A stretch of 32,784 nucleotides of DNA from assembly GCA_964364925.1 (NCBI GenBank), contig CAYIOB010000002.1:1-32784 (forward strand). Direction: 5' to 3'. The translations under genes were made by a program, and so were the position numbers. This document shows positions 24,170 to 32,784 of this stretch, in pieces. Each line of letters begins with the position of its first letter. Within the stretch, counting starts at the first letter, position 1. This DNA is from an uncultured Gammaproteobacteria bacterium. GTDB lineage: Bacteria; Patescibacteriota; Microgenomatia; Levybacterales; UBA12049. The notes under the pieces are model-generated. The model made no database searches, was not told where the DNA came from, and was given only the letters and a program-made list of their open reading frames with translations.

Positions 24170-24523
24170 TTATTGAGAAAATTGGGAGGCGTCGGCTGTA
24201 TTCTGATTAAGATCTGTTTCTACTGCTGCGGGATTTGTATTATCAATCTGTTCGAGAGCATTGTTAACATCCTGGATGTTATTGATTGGCACCGGGGTTG
24301 TTACTGTCTGTCCGGCAAGAGGCTGCTGATTCGTGCCGTTTGTCTGCGCCGCCGGATTTTGCTGTATCCCTTGTGACACTGCCGGCTGGTTATTAGGTTG
24401 CATGATTTTTACCAGAACAACGGCAAGAAGAAGAACTGCCAAAAGAGAAAACCCAACTGCGGCATAAAGAAATTTTTTATGACTCTGCGGTACTGTTGTT
24501 TGCTGTATGCTTTGATCTTCCAT
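24170..24523 (-). CDS. Hypothetical single-pass membrane protein with a Gln/Asn-rich ectodomain
   Basis: TM helix FLYAAVGFSLLAVLLLAVVLV; SD AAGGAAA upstream. Confidence 0.55.
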   Translation of the reverse strand: MEDQSIQQTTVPQSHKKFLYAAVGFSLLAVLLLAVVLVKIMQPNNQPAVSQGIQQNPAAQTNGTNQQPLAGQTVTTPVPINNIQDVNNALEQIDNTNPAAVETDLNQNTADASQFSQ

Positions 24524-24537
24524 ATATTTTCCTTTTA

Positions 24538-25221
24538 TTAATTATTATTGACTGGTGTTGGCGCAGGAACCGCCGTTTTAAATACTCTTGAGTTTTGCGC
24601 GCTTCCCGATGCCGAATTAATATTCTTTTCGGCCGTTCCTTGAACGCTTGCAACCGCGACTATCAAGTTTCTTACTGCTTTTTTGTAAGCCTGAAGACCC
24701 TGAATAACCGCCTGCATATCCGTTCTGTATTGGGTTAATTGCGCTACAGGATTATTGCCGGTACAGGAAAAATTGCTTATATCGGTTTGGATTGCCGCCA
24801 AAAGAGGAGTAAGAGCACTTTTTTGCGTCTGGATATCCGCGACTAAAGTATCGTAATATGAAACTATTTTACCCTGCGGAACTAACTTGGTCAAATAATG
24901 ATTCTCTATTCCTTGTGCTATTGAATCAAATGTTTCTTCCATTCTAAGAACACGGTCGTTCATATGGGCCGAGCGTGTAGCAATGTTGTTTGAATGGGCT
25001 TGGCATGCGTTAAGCTTTGCTTCCTGCAAACGATTTTGCGCAAATGCAGGCATACGTGCTTGCCCAAGCTTGGCTCCTCCTGTTGCGATGAACGGACGAT
25101 TCGCTCTCCCTATCCCATCCGAACCACCAACTGCCAAAACCTGGGAAGAAAATACTACAAAAGACGCAAGCAGAATAACAAATGAGATATGAAAAATATG
25201 CTTGTGAAAAAATTTCTCCAT
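24538..25221 (-). CDS. Hypothetical secreted/anchored helical protein
   Basis: N-terminal signal/anchor ISFVILLASFVVFSSQVLA. No recognisable domain. Confidence 0.55.
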   Translation of the reverse strand: MEKFFHKHIFHISFVILLASFVVFSSQVLAVGGSDGIGRANRPFIATGGAKLGQARMPAFAQNRLQEAKLNACQAHSNNIATRSAHMNDRVLRMEETFDSIAQGIENHYLTKLVPQGKIVSYYDTLVADIQTQKSALTPLLAAIQTDISNFSCTGNNPVAQLTQYRTDMQAVIQGLQAYKKAVRNLIVAVASVQGTAEKNINSASGSAQNSRVFKTAVPAPTPVNNN

Positions 25222-25291
25222 TAAGTATATGTAACCATATGTCTACGCTCTTGTCAAGTAAATATAGTTCTTCTCTAATGAGAGAAACAGA

Positions 25292-26944
25292 TTACCAAGC
25301 TAGCCTAATATGCCCCATTGCGTAATCCAAGCTCCCGCCCACCTTTTTTCCGGGATTAAAAATGTTATCAGGGTCAAAAATATGCTTTGTTTCCTCAAAA
25401 AGTTTGTAAATCTTTTCTCCGTACATTTGCTTAAGATATGGGGTTCTAATAATTCCGTCATTATGCTCGCCCGTTATTGAGCCGTGATACTTATTAATAA
25501 TTCCGTATACTTCTTTGGAAATTTGGGGAATTGCCGTTCTGACTTTTGGGTTTGTAATATCAACAAGCGGAATTATATGAAAATTCCCATCGCCCACGTG
25601 CCCTGCAACAGTAAAAATAAATTCCGGGTGCTCTTTAAGAATATCTGTTACTTGAGGGATAACCTCTGCAATATCTTTTGGATTAATAACAAAGTCATCA
25701 ATAAAAGGCGCCGTATGTTTGTCGCGGACTTTATTCCGCAGTAAGTTAAAGCTCTCCCGCCTTACCAGCCAATACTTTTTTTCCTGGTCCTCAATTGCAA
25801 TACGAGTTTTGGGATGAAGCGGCTTTAATTTTTCTTTTAACGAAACAATTTTCTGTTTTAACTCGTCCGGATCATCTCCTGTAAAATCAATTTGTAAAAT
25901 AAGTTTTGGCAGACGGCCGGTAAGCATCTGTAAAAATGCCGGTAAAAATGCCAAACCCGCCTGGATAAGTCCGCCAATGCCTAACTTACGCGCAAATTCC
26001 GGAAAATACCGAAGCGCTAATTTAAGCGTGTTGTCGTCGTAACTTTCAAAACTTTCAGGCTTAAGAGGCATTACCGCTTCTATAATTTGTCCTAAGTGAC
26101 TCATGTCATCAAGAAAAATAATTTCCATTTCCCGATGTTTATGCACCGGCACCAATTGAATATCTGCCTCAAGAAGCAGGCCGAGCGTGCCTTGCGCGCC
26201 TACCCACAATTTAGTGAGATCAAAAATGCCGGTTTTTTTATCATACACATTCCATAGAAAATAACCTGCAGAATTTTTGCTGACATTAGGCTTTGCTTTG
26301 GCAATTTCTTCGTAGTTTTTGGAGATTAACCCGTACATTTTAGTATACACTTCTCCTTCCAACGTTTTTAATTCCATTTTTTCTTTAAGCTCTTTCTCCG
26401 TTAAGGGTTTTATTTCATACGTGTTTCCGTCACGAAGAACAACTTTTATTCTTTTTACGTACGCTTCTGTTTTCCCGTATTGCAAAGATTTTTCTCCTCC
26501 CGAATTGTTGTTAACAATTCCTCCCATGGCACAAATTTCCCTAGATGCCGGGTATGATGGAAAAATAAGGTTGTGTTTTAGAGTTTCTTTTTCAAAATCC
26601 CTGTAAAAAACTCCGGACTGGGTCGTTGCGATTTCATTTTTGATAATCGGAGTGTTATTAAAATATTTTCCGAAGGCAACAATTATAGATTCGTTTATCG
26701 AACCGCCGCCCATATCCGTACCGGCACTTCTTCCCGTTAAAGAAAGCTTTAGATATTCTTTTTTATGTTTGGCGACAAATTTAACTAAATTTTGAACGTC
26801 TTGCCCATCTTTGGGATAAACAACAACTTGCGGTTTTACTTCAAAAAGCGATGCATCATGGCTAAAAGTATTTAAAGTTTCTTCGCTGTCGTCAACATCG
26901 CCTTTGATAACTTTTCTTAATTCCTCCAGTAATTTATCATCCAT
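25292..26944 (-). CDS. FAD-binding oxidoreductase (GlcD / D-lactate dehydrogenase-like, FAD_binding_4 + C-terminal domain)
   Basis: GRSAGTDMGGGS, GAQGTLGLLLEA, C-terminal GSITGEHNDGIIR...FDPDNIFNPGK. Confidence 0.88.
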   Translation of the reverse strand: MDDKLLEELRKVIKGDVDDSEETLNTFSHDASLFEVKPQVVVYPKDGQDVQNLVKFVAKHKKEYLKLSLTGRSAGTDMGGGSINESIIVAFGKYFNNTPIIKNEIATTQSGVFYRDFEKETLKHNLIFPSYPASREICAMGGIVNNNSGGEKSLQYGKTEAYVKRIKVVLRDGNTYEIKPLTEKELKEKMELKTLEGEVYTKMYGLISKNYEEIAKAKPNVSKNSAGYFLWNVYDKKTGIFDLTKLWVGAQGTLGLLLEADIQLVPVHKHREMEIIFLDDMSHLGQIIEAVMPLKPESFESYDDNTLKLALRYFPEFARKLGIGGLIQAGLAFLPAFLQMLTGRLPKLILQIDFTGDDPDELKQKIVSLKEKLKPLHPKTRIAIEDQEKKYWLVRRESFNLLRNKVRDKHTAPFIDDFVINPKDIAEVIPQVTDILKEHPEFIFTVAGHVGDGNFHIIPLVDITNPKVRTAIPQISKEVYGIINKYHGSITGEHNDGIIRTPYLKQMYGEKIYKLFEETKHIFDPDNIFNPGKKVGGSLDYAMGHIRLAW

Positions 26945-27076
26945 ATGTCTATCAAGAATTATTGAGGTTAGAAATTAGATTTCCTTGAACTTGATGTCTA
27001 GAATTCTTGAAATCAAGATATCGAAGATTCAAAGTCAAAAGCGTCAAAAATATCCAACATCAAATACTCTAAATTC

Positions 27077-28069
27077 TCATTTTCCTTTTCTGGCAATTAC
27101 TTTTTTAACGGCCTTTTCTATCGCTGTTTCATCCATTCCGTATTTTTTAATTAATTCCAAGGCCTTGCCCGATTCGGCAAAAGTATCCTGAAGTCCGATA
27201 AATTCCATTGGCAGAGGTTTGTTTTTGGCAAAAAATTCGGCCAAAGCGCCTCCTAATCCTCCCATAACCTGGTGATCCTCAACGCTAACAGCTGCTCCGG
27301 TTTTAGCTACTTCCAATGCGCTTTCCCCATCCAGTGGCTTAATGCACGAAACATTTACAACCAAAACATTTAGTCCTTTTTTCTCTAAATTCTTTGCCGC
27401 CAAAAGCGCGTAATATAAAAGATGCCCCGTTGCAAAAATGGTCGCTTGCGGATTATCGGACACCCAAAAAGTTTGGATTTTTGTTCCATCGTAGGGAGTT
27501 TTATCCGTTGTTATAACGGGCGTCTTATCACGGGTAAACCTTAAATAAACCGGGCCGCGGGTTTCCGCAGCCAAAACAGTGGCTTTTTTAGCTTCGACAG
27601 TGTCACAGGGAACAATTACTTGAATATCAGGCCAGGCGCGTGTTATCGCAATATCTTCCGTTGCCTGGTGTGTTGCGCCGTCCGGGCCGGTAACTATTCC
27701 GCTGTGATGTCCTGCGATTTTAACATTTGCCTGATTATAAATAATGGTGGTTCTGATTGTTTCCCAGTTTTTTCCGGGAGAAAAAGTTGCGTAAGAGGAG
27801 ATAAAAGGAATTTTTCCGGAGATTCCCATCCCGGCCGCAATTGCCGCCATATTCTGCTCCGCTACTCCGCATTCAAAAAAACGCTCGGGAAATCTTTTGG
27901 CAAACTCTTCGCATCTTGTGCTTTCGGATAAATCTGCAGTTAAAACAACAACGTCGGGATTAGTTGTTCCTAGAAAAACCAATCCTTCCCCGTATCCATC
28001 CCTAGTCGGTCGAGTTTCTGCATCTTTATCAAAAAGTTTTGAATTTAAATGTAAATAAGGATTTAACAT
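27077..28069 (-). CDS. Transketolase, C-terminal (pyrimidine-binding) subunit
   Basis: TRDGYGEGL, FECGVAEQNM, GPDGATHQATEDIA. Start moved to the ATG at 28069 (MLNPYLHL...). Confidence 0.9.
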   Translation of the reverse strand: MLNPYLHLNSKLFDKDAETRPTRDGYGEGLVFLGTTNPDVVVLTADLSESTRCEEFAKRFPERFFECGVAEQNMAAIAAGMGISGKIPFISSYATFSPGKNWETIRTTIIYNQANVKIAGHHSGIVTGPDGATHQATEDIAITRAWPDIQVIVPCDTVEAKKATVLAAETRGPVYLRFTRDKTPVITTDKTPYDGTKIQTFWVSDNPQATIFATGHLLYYALLAAKNLEKKGLNVLVVNVSCIKPLDGESALEVAKTGAAVSVEDHQVMGGLGGALAEFFAKNKPLPMEFIGLQDTFAESGKALELIKKYGMDETAIEKAVKKVIARKGK

Positions 28070-28172
28070 AATGCTAATACTACAAATACATACCAATAAA
28101 TACCAATAACTCAATATTTAAATATTTGTAGTATTTGATATTTGTAGTATTGGTAGTATTCATCTTTTTAAT

Positions 28173-29027
28173 CTATTCTGTTTTTATCTTTCCTTCCAGA
28201 GTTCTTAATTCACTTAATGCTTTTGCGGCTTCGTCTTTATTTGGAGTTTTTCCATGCCAGGTAAAATCATTTTCCATAAAATCAACGCCTTTACCGGGAA
28301 CTGTGTGAGCGATAATAACCGTTGGTTTTTCGTGTATTGATTTTGCTTCCGACACGGCATCAATAAAAGCTCTTATATTATTTCCGTCTACTTCCAAAAC
28401 GTGCCAATTAAATGCTTCATATTTTTCTTTAAGAGGTTCCAGTGGCATTACCTCTTCGGTAAAACCGTCTATTTGAATGTTGTTTCTATCAATTATCAGT
28501 GTTAAGTTGTCTAATTTTTGTTTTCCGGCAAACATTGCCGCTTCCCAAGTATTTCCTTCCTGCTGCTCTCCATCCGAAGCAACGCAATAAACTCGGTATT
28601 TTTTCTTGTCAAGTCTTGCAGTTAAAGCAATTCCTATACTTTGAGACACACCTTCGCCTAAAGGACCTGAGGTTGTTTCAAGTCCGGGAAGCGAAGTTCT
28701 GTGAGGATGACCCTGCAAACGGGAATTAAGTTTTCTTAAAGTCTTTAGTTCTTCAACGGGAAAATACCCTGCCATTGCCATTGCCGCATATCTTACCGGA
28801 CAAATATGTCCGTTTGATAAAATAAGTCTGTCACGGTCTTCCCACTCGGGATTTTTTGGATCGTGGTTAAGAATATTAAAATAAAATGCCGCAAAAATAT
28901 CCGTCATCCCCAAAGGTCCGGCCGAGTGCCCCGAACCGGCTTCAAGTAGACTTGAGATGATAAGCTCTCTTACCTTGTTGGCTTTTTCTTCAAGATCAAT
29001 AATTTTCGTATCGTTAAGTTCAAACAT
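28173..29027 (-). CDS. Transketolase, N-terminal (thiamine-diphosphate-binding) subunit
   Basis: GSGHSAGPLG, ILSNGH, GPLGEGVSQSIG, SDGEQQEGNTWEA. The ATG at 29027 overlaps the glycerate kinase stop by 8 nt; the track start at 29042 is a TTG. Confidence 0.9.
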   Translation of the reverse strand: MFELNDTKIIDLEEKANKVRELIISSLLEAGSGHSAGPLGMTDIFAAFYFNILNHDPKNPEWEDRDRLILSNGHICPVRYAAMAMAGYFPVEELKTLRKLNSRLQGHPHRTSLPGLETTSGPLGEGVSQSIGIALTARLDKKKYRVYCVASDGEQQEGNTWEAAMFAGKQKLDNLTLIIDRNNIQIDGFTEEVMPLEPLKEKYEAFNWHVLEVDGNNIRAFIDAVSEAKSIHEKPTVIIAHTVPGKGVDFMENDFTWHGKTPNKDEAAKALSELRTLEGKIKTE

Positions 29028-30300
29028 TATTTTTAAAAACAACCATTAAGTCCGAAACATTTGATTCAAGCTTTCCCGTAAAAATACCGTCACCTATTTT
29101 TTGGAAGAACTCGTAACTATTATCATCGCTCAAATATTTTTCCCGGTCAAGTTTTAATTTTTCAGACTTTTCAATTGTAGTTGCGTCTCCTATTGCTCCT
29201 GCAAAATGATAGAAATCAACTCCGTCCGTATCAAAAGAAGCAATAACCGTGGCGTTTGTTATAAAAGGCAGTGCCGCCAAAACTAAAGTCTGATTCCTTC
29301 CGCCTTTTCCTTTGCCTAAAACTTTTACAGTTGTTTCTCCGCCTGCTAAAAGTATCCTTCCGGGCTTTGCGACCTGAATAAGCTTTTCTCCTATTAATTT
29401 TGCATCACCCTGAAGCCTGTCGGAATACAAATCCGTTTCAAACCCTAAAGACTTTGCCTTATTTTTCATTGCTGAAAGTGCGGTTTTATTACTGATAATT
29501 ATAATATTGTAAACGTTTTTGAAATATCTCTCATCCCTTGGAAGCTCCGTTAACCAATCTGAAGGAATCTCAACGCTTTTTTGAAGGTCATATTTTTTGA
29601 TTATTTCCAAAGCATCGTTAAGTGTGGTTGAATCTTTAACTGTCGGGCCGGAAGCAATTGTTGGCAAATCACTGCCGGGAACATCGGAAAAAATAAGACT
29701 TGCAACTGTTGCCGGATATAAGTGTTTGGCAAGCTGTCCGCCTTTAACTTTTGACAAATGTTTTCGTATTACATTCATTTCCGATATTGTCGCCCCGGAT
29801 CTCAAAAGTAAATGTGAAACTTGAATAAGTGTATTTAAATCAATCTTGAATGGCGCTTCAAACATTGCGCTTCCTCCTCCGCAAATAACTACCAAAACCA
29901 AATCTTTATCGGTTAGATTTGAAATTTTATTTAAAACATTTTCCGTGAACTCTATATTTTTCTGCGACGGCAAGGGATGGCTTCCCTGCTTAAAGTTTAT
30001 TTTAGAAAATTTTTGAGAAACATTATCTATAGCGTATCCTTCCGTTAGATAATTTCCAAGCTTTTCTTCGATTAGTTTTGATATGCCCGCAGAACCTTTA
30101 CCAAATCCTATTAAAAAAACTCTGTTAAATTTTTGCAAATCAAACTCTTGATTTGCAATTTGAAGCTTGGAATCGTTTAAAGTAAAATTAGTTTTTAAAA
30201 CCTTACTGGGCCTTATTGCTTCAAGTCCCGATTCTATTACTTTTAAGACAATTTCCCGTTTGGGAGTCGTAAGATTTTTAAAATTTGCAATTAATGGCAT
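29020..30300 (-). CDS. Glycerate 2-kinase (DUF4147 + MOFRL family)
   Basis: FGKGSAGI, VICGGGSAMFE, LLAGGETTVKVLGKGKGGRNQ. ATG at 30300 is preferred over the TTG at 30336. Confidence 0.85.
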   Translation of the reverse strand: MPLIANFKNLTTPKREIVLKVIESGLEAIRPSKVLKTNFTLNDSKLQIANQEFDLQKFNRVFLIGFGKGSAGISKLIEEKLGNYLTEGYAIDNVSQKFSKINFKQGSHPLPSQKNIEFTENVLNKISNLTDKDLVLVVICGGGSAMFEAPFKIDLNTLIQVSHLLLRSGATISEMNVIRKHLSKVKGGQLAKHLYPATVASLIFSDVPGSDLPTIASGPTVKDSTTLNDALEIIKKYDLQKSVEIPSDWLTELPRDERYFKNVYNIIIISNKTALSAMKNKAKSLGFETDLYSDRLQGDAKLIGEKLIQVAKPGRILLAGGETTVKVLGKGKGGRNQTLVLAALPFITNATVIASFDTDGVDFYHFAGAIGDATTIEKSEKLKLDREKYLSDDNSYEFFQKIGDGIFTGKLESNVSDLMVVFKNNV

Positions 30301-30348
30301 TAATTTTAGTTTAATGCCGTTTGCAGGATTAGTCAACCAGGCCGAGGA

Positions 30349-30732
30349 TTATTTTTCTTCCACGTATTCTTTCAGAGGTAAAAGATAGTAATCTTTCCAC
30401 CCTTTATCTATATCTTCATATTCTTCGTCGGGAACGTTTTCGTGAACTAATTCAATCTCTGTTGAGTCTCCTTTTTTTTCAAGCTTAAAAGTTACAATCG
30501 AAGGCTCTTCCCACTTACCTCCATACCACTCCTGAACAAGTTTTTTAAAAACTTCTACTTCTATATTTGTGCCGTAAATATCTCCTCCCCAAAGAGAAAA
30601 TTTTGTACCGATTTTATCGTCCATTTTTGCCGGTCCGCCTCCCCAACCGTTAATCTCCTGCGCATTAACCAAAGCTTCCCAAACTTTTTCAATAGGAGCA
30701 TTGATATGATAATCTTGAACAATCGTTTTCAT
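30349..30732 (-). CDS. SRPBCC-superfamily protein (AHSA1/START-like)
   Basis: N-terminal INAPIEKVWEALVNAQEINGW and a length of 127 aa are typical of AHSA1-like SRPBCC proteins. Confidence 0.75.
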   Translation of the reverse strand: MKTIVQDYHINAPIEKVWEALVNAQEINGWGGGPAKMDDKIGTKFSLWGGDIYGTNIEVEVFKKLVQEWYGGKWEEPSIVTFKLEKKGDSTEIELVHENVPDEEYEDIDKGWKDYYLLPLKEYVEEK

Positions 30733-30786
30733 AACCTAATTATGGTCAAACAATTTAGGAAATGCAAACTTGAGGTTAATTAAGCT

Positions 30787-31557
30787 TTATTCACTTATCG
30801 ATTTTACAGCTTCTCTGTATTTGCAATAATCACAATCTAAACCAGACTTAGGAAGAGTATCGCTTTTTAAACATTCGTAAACGTCTTTTACTGCTTTTCC
30901 TACCCATGAGTCATCGCCTTTATAAGGAAGTATTTTAATATCAAATTCAAGTTTTGCGTCAAACTTTTCTTTGTCCGTCTTTCCATTGCAGTATACAAAA
31001 TAACCGGTATTGGAAACTTTATATCCGTTTTTCTTAAAAAGCCACTGATAAATTTCCATCTGTCTTTTGTATCCTATTTGCCAATCGGCATCAAGACTGA
31101 CTTCTTCCTCTTTAGAGGTTGCTTTATAATCAACTATTATAAATTCATTTTCGGGATTTATCCAAACATCGTCAACTCCGCCTGTTATAAAAAGATTTGT
31201 GTCTTTGTCCAGGTATGTTATTCCGCCCGATAAAGCATCGCGCCACTGATTAAGTTTTTCGTGTTTTAAGGGAATTGCATTAATACCAAATTGTTTCATT
31301 AAAGGGTGCGCTTCTCCAATTTCTCGCAAAATATCAAATTCTTTTTTTAAAAGCTTATCTACCGCGGAGTTTAAAGAAAAAGGAAAGCCCGGAGGCTGGG
31401 CAACTCCTAATCTTCTATCCAAATAAAAACAGCGCGGACAATTGAGGAATAAATCTATTTTTGAGCGGCTTAACCTAAAAGACTCTTTTGAGCTTTTTTC
31501 AAACAAATTACTTTTTCTTTGAGGGTTGTAATATTTAGACATAAATTTCTTTTCCAT
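30787..31557 (-). CDS. PD-(D/E)XK nuclease with Cas4/AddB-like cysteine cluster
   Basis: N-terminal CPRCFY, core GGVDD...IVDYKATSK (D...D/ExK), QMEIYQ, C-terminal CDYCKY. Start moved to the ATG at 31557. Confidence 0.65.
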   Translation of the reverse strand: MEKKFMSKYYNPQRKSNLFEKSSKESFRLSRSKIDLFLNCPRCFYLDRRLGVAQPPGFPFSLNSAVDKLLKKEFDILREIGEAHPLMKQFGINAIPLKHEKLNQWRDALSGGITYLDKDTNLFITGGVDDVWINPENEFIIVDYKATSKEEEVSLDADWQIGYKRQMEIYQWLFKKNGYKVSNTGYFVYCNGKTDKEKFDAKLEFDIKILPYKGDDSWVGKAVKDVYECLKSDTLPKSGLDCDYCKYREAVKSISE

Positions 31558-31629
31558 TATATCAGAAATCACTGTTTGAAATGACTCTGCTTTTGTGCTA
31601 CTATTTTCCCAACTCTGCCCCGAAAACCT

Positions 31630-32001
31630 ATGCCAGCAGAAAGACCAATTTCGCAAACTGAAGCCCAAATTAGAAGGATGAACGCTCCCTCACACGCCCT
31701 AGTAGATGGAATGTTAAAACTGGCAACCGACAGTAATCGAGATATGCAGACACTATATGTAAATAACAGGGATGAATTAATAGCTTATGGTAAGGCCCTT
31801 AGAAAAGTAGCAGAAGGAGCACTCCCAAATTCTCCGCATTCAGTTTTAAGAGAAATAAGAAAAGCGCACACGTTAAGGGAATATCACGAATTAAAACCTC
31901 TATTTAAAATAGTAAGAAGAACCTTCAGACAACCCACTTCAAATCTTTCCAAGGGTGGAGCAGTTTACAGAAGAAGGCAAATATCCGCAAGCTCATCTTA
32001 A
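31630..32001 (+). CDS. Hypothetical protein (123 aa), orphan, basic C-terminus
   Basis: ORF with no SD and no recognised motif. It looks more G+C-rich than the flanks, and a hairpin plus T7 follows. Confidence 0.4.
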   Translation: MPAERPISQTEAQIRRMNAPSHALVDGMLKLATDSNRDMQTLYVNNRDELIAYGKALRKVAEGALPNSPHSVLREIRKAHTLREYHELKPLFKIVRRTFRQPTSNLSKGGAVYRRRQISASSS

Positions 32002-32057
32002 AACTATTTCATTTTTATTATTTCTTCGTTATTATTTATAACCCAATTTTTAGGAGG

Positions 32058-32084
32058 GCAGATTCTAAATCTGCTCCTTTTTTT
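32058..32084 (+). terminator. Rho-independent-type terminator (GCAGAT-tctaa-ATCTGC followed by TCC-T7)
   Basis: 6-bp stem, 5-nt loop and a 7-T run, about 55 nt after the stop of 31630-32001. The stop codon of the convergent ORF (32065-32067) lies in the loop. Confidence 0.45.
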
Positions 32085-32784
32085 GTGGAGATTTTCTTGT
32101 TTTTATGTTTTTTCGTCTTTTTGGCAAATGTACTGCTTTTAGAGAAAGTCCCTCTGTAACCTTTCTTGTTTCAGGCAAAAGAGTTATTTCTCTCGAATCA
32201 ACCATTTCCGCAACAGCACCATCATCTACCACCCACGTTGTCGTAATGCTTGCTCTTCTCGCAACTCTCGCTCCTAAGCTATTCAATCCCTCTTCAACAA
32301 TTGCCTTTAAAACGTCAGGGTGCATATCTTTACGTGGAATAAATTCTATTGTCACTATTCGGGAAGTCAATTTTCTAAATCTTTTTTGTGTTCCGACTGA
32401 TTCCCTTAACTTATTAATATCAAACACTATGGTGCCTTGCGTTGGAGTTGCGGTCAACTCAACGTCGCGAGACACAGAGAAAAGTCCTCTCAAATCCGGG
32501 ATTTCTCCAACAACTGGAGCAATCGTATCTCTAACATCATCTCTTTCTTTCTTAGTATCTGATGCTACCTTCCTAGCAGCTTCTTCTCTCTTCGTTGCAT
32601 CCCTAAGTAAAACCGCGTTATTTGCAAGTGTTTCGATTATTTCGGCGGAAGGCGCAATAAAATCTGTTACAGCAGGTTCTATAAGGAGAGAAAGCTCTCC
32701 CTCAATAACAGGAAACTCCTTGAATCTTTCACCGCTCCTGGGTCTAGGAGAAACTTTTGTTCCCTCAATCCGTGGATGCGCGGT
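32065..32784 (-). CDS. Hypothetical protein, 3' part only (the frame stays open to the window edge)
   Basis: The track's TTG start at 32493 is not a real boundary. My hand translation of the same frame continues without a stop to 32784 (...APSAEIIETLANNAVLLRDATKREEAARKV...). No domain recognised. Confidence 0.5.
   Translation of the reverse strand, partial: TAHPRIEGTKVSPRPRSGERFKEFPVIEGELSLLIEPAVTDFIAPSAEIIETLANNAVLLRDATKREEAARKVASDTKKERDDVRDTIAPVVGEIPDLRGLFSVSRDVELTATPTQGTIVFDINKLRESVGTQKRFRKLTSRIVTIEFIPRKDMHPDVLKAIVEEGLNSLGARVARRASITTTWVVDDGAVAEMVDSREITLLPETRKVTEGLSLKAVHLPKRRKNIKTRKSPQKKEQI

Noticed and set aside
27077-29027. Transketolase interrupted by a frameshift (pseudogene)
   Set aside because: The split falls at the canonical boundary between the TPP-binding and pyrimidine-binding halves. 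Both halves have intact motifs and their own starts, so this is the known two-subunit transketolase arrangement.
1-32784. Possible alternative genetic code (UGA recoding as in some CPR lineages)
   Set aside because: Conserved genes are full length under the standard code, and TGA terminates several well-supported ORFs (11406, 17238, 23730, 29020). Code 11 fits.
1-32784. tRNA, rRNA, CRISPR arrays, transposases, integrases
   Set aside because: No spacer-repeat periodicity, no cloverleaf-capable GC-rich ~75-nt segment in the intergenic gaps, and no ORF with recombinase or transposase motifs were seen. I could not run a formal tRNAscan or Infernal search.

Overview
The window is AT-rich, gene-dense and mostly minus-strand. 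It looks like a reduced-genome bacterium, probably CPR/Patescibacteria-like (inference from gene content and compact proteins).

Genetic code: standard code 11. TGA is used as a stop, for example at 11406, 17238, 23730 and 29020.

Recognisable housekeeping genes: hisS, rpmE, prfA, murB, an S41 C-terminal processing peptidase, the rpsF-ssb-rpsR operon, ychF, a split transketolase with glycerate 2-kinase, and a Kef-type antiporter. There is also a cell-envelope cluster with two paralogous S9-like hydrolases, a YkuD L,D-transpeptidase, a C39-like peptidase with TPR repeats, and an amidase.

I found no rRNA, tRNA, CRISPR array, transposase or integrase.

Best candidate for an undescribed system: a four-gene minus-strand cassette island at 15288-18412, wedged between ychF and the hydrolase cluster. 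It contains:
- a 193-aa orphan;
- a 151-aa MbcA/ParS (DUF2384)-like protein with no HTH domain and no RES partner;
- an OLD-family-like ABC-ATPase with a Toprim-like C-terminus;
- a translationally coupled 55-aa zinc-ribbon ORF that is missing from the ORF track.
The genes are punctuated by a repeated ~20-23 nt motif, TTGACAACAGGCAAAAAGGGGAG.

Other notable structure:
- an ~830-bp insertion carrying an orphan ORF, bracketed by a diverged duplication of the 3' end of the TPR gene;
- two ~170-bp direct repeats, each with a 22-bp palindrome, serving as promoters for an EEP gene and an HD hydrolase gene;
- pervasive promoters in which a -10 box sits 6-8 nt from the ATG (leaderless type);
- several families of intergenic hairpins and word repeats;
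- a scatter of orphan ORFs that look more G+C-rich than their surroundings.
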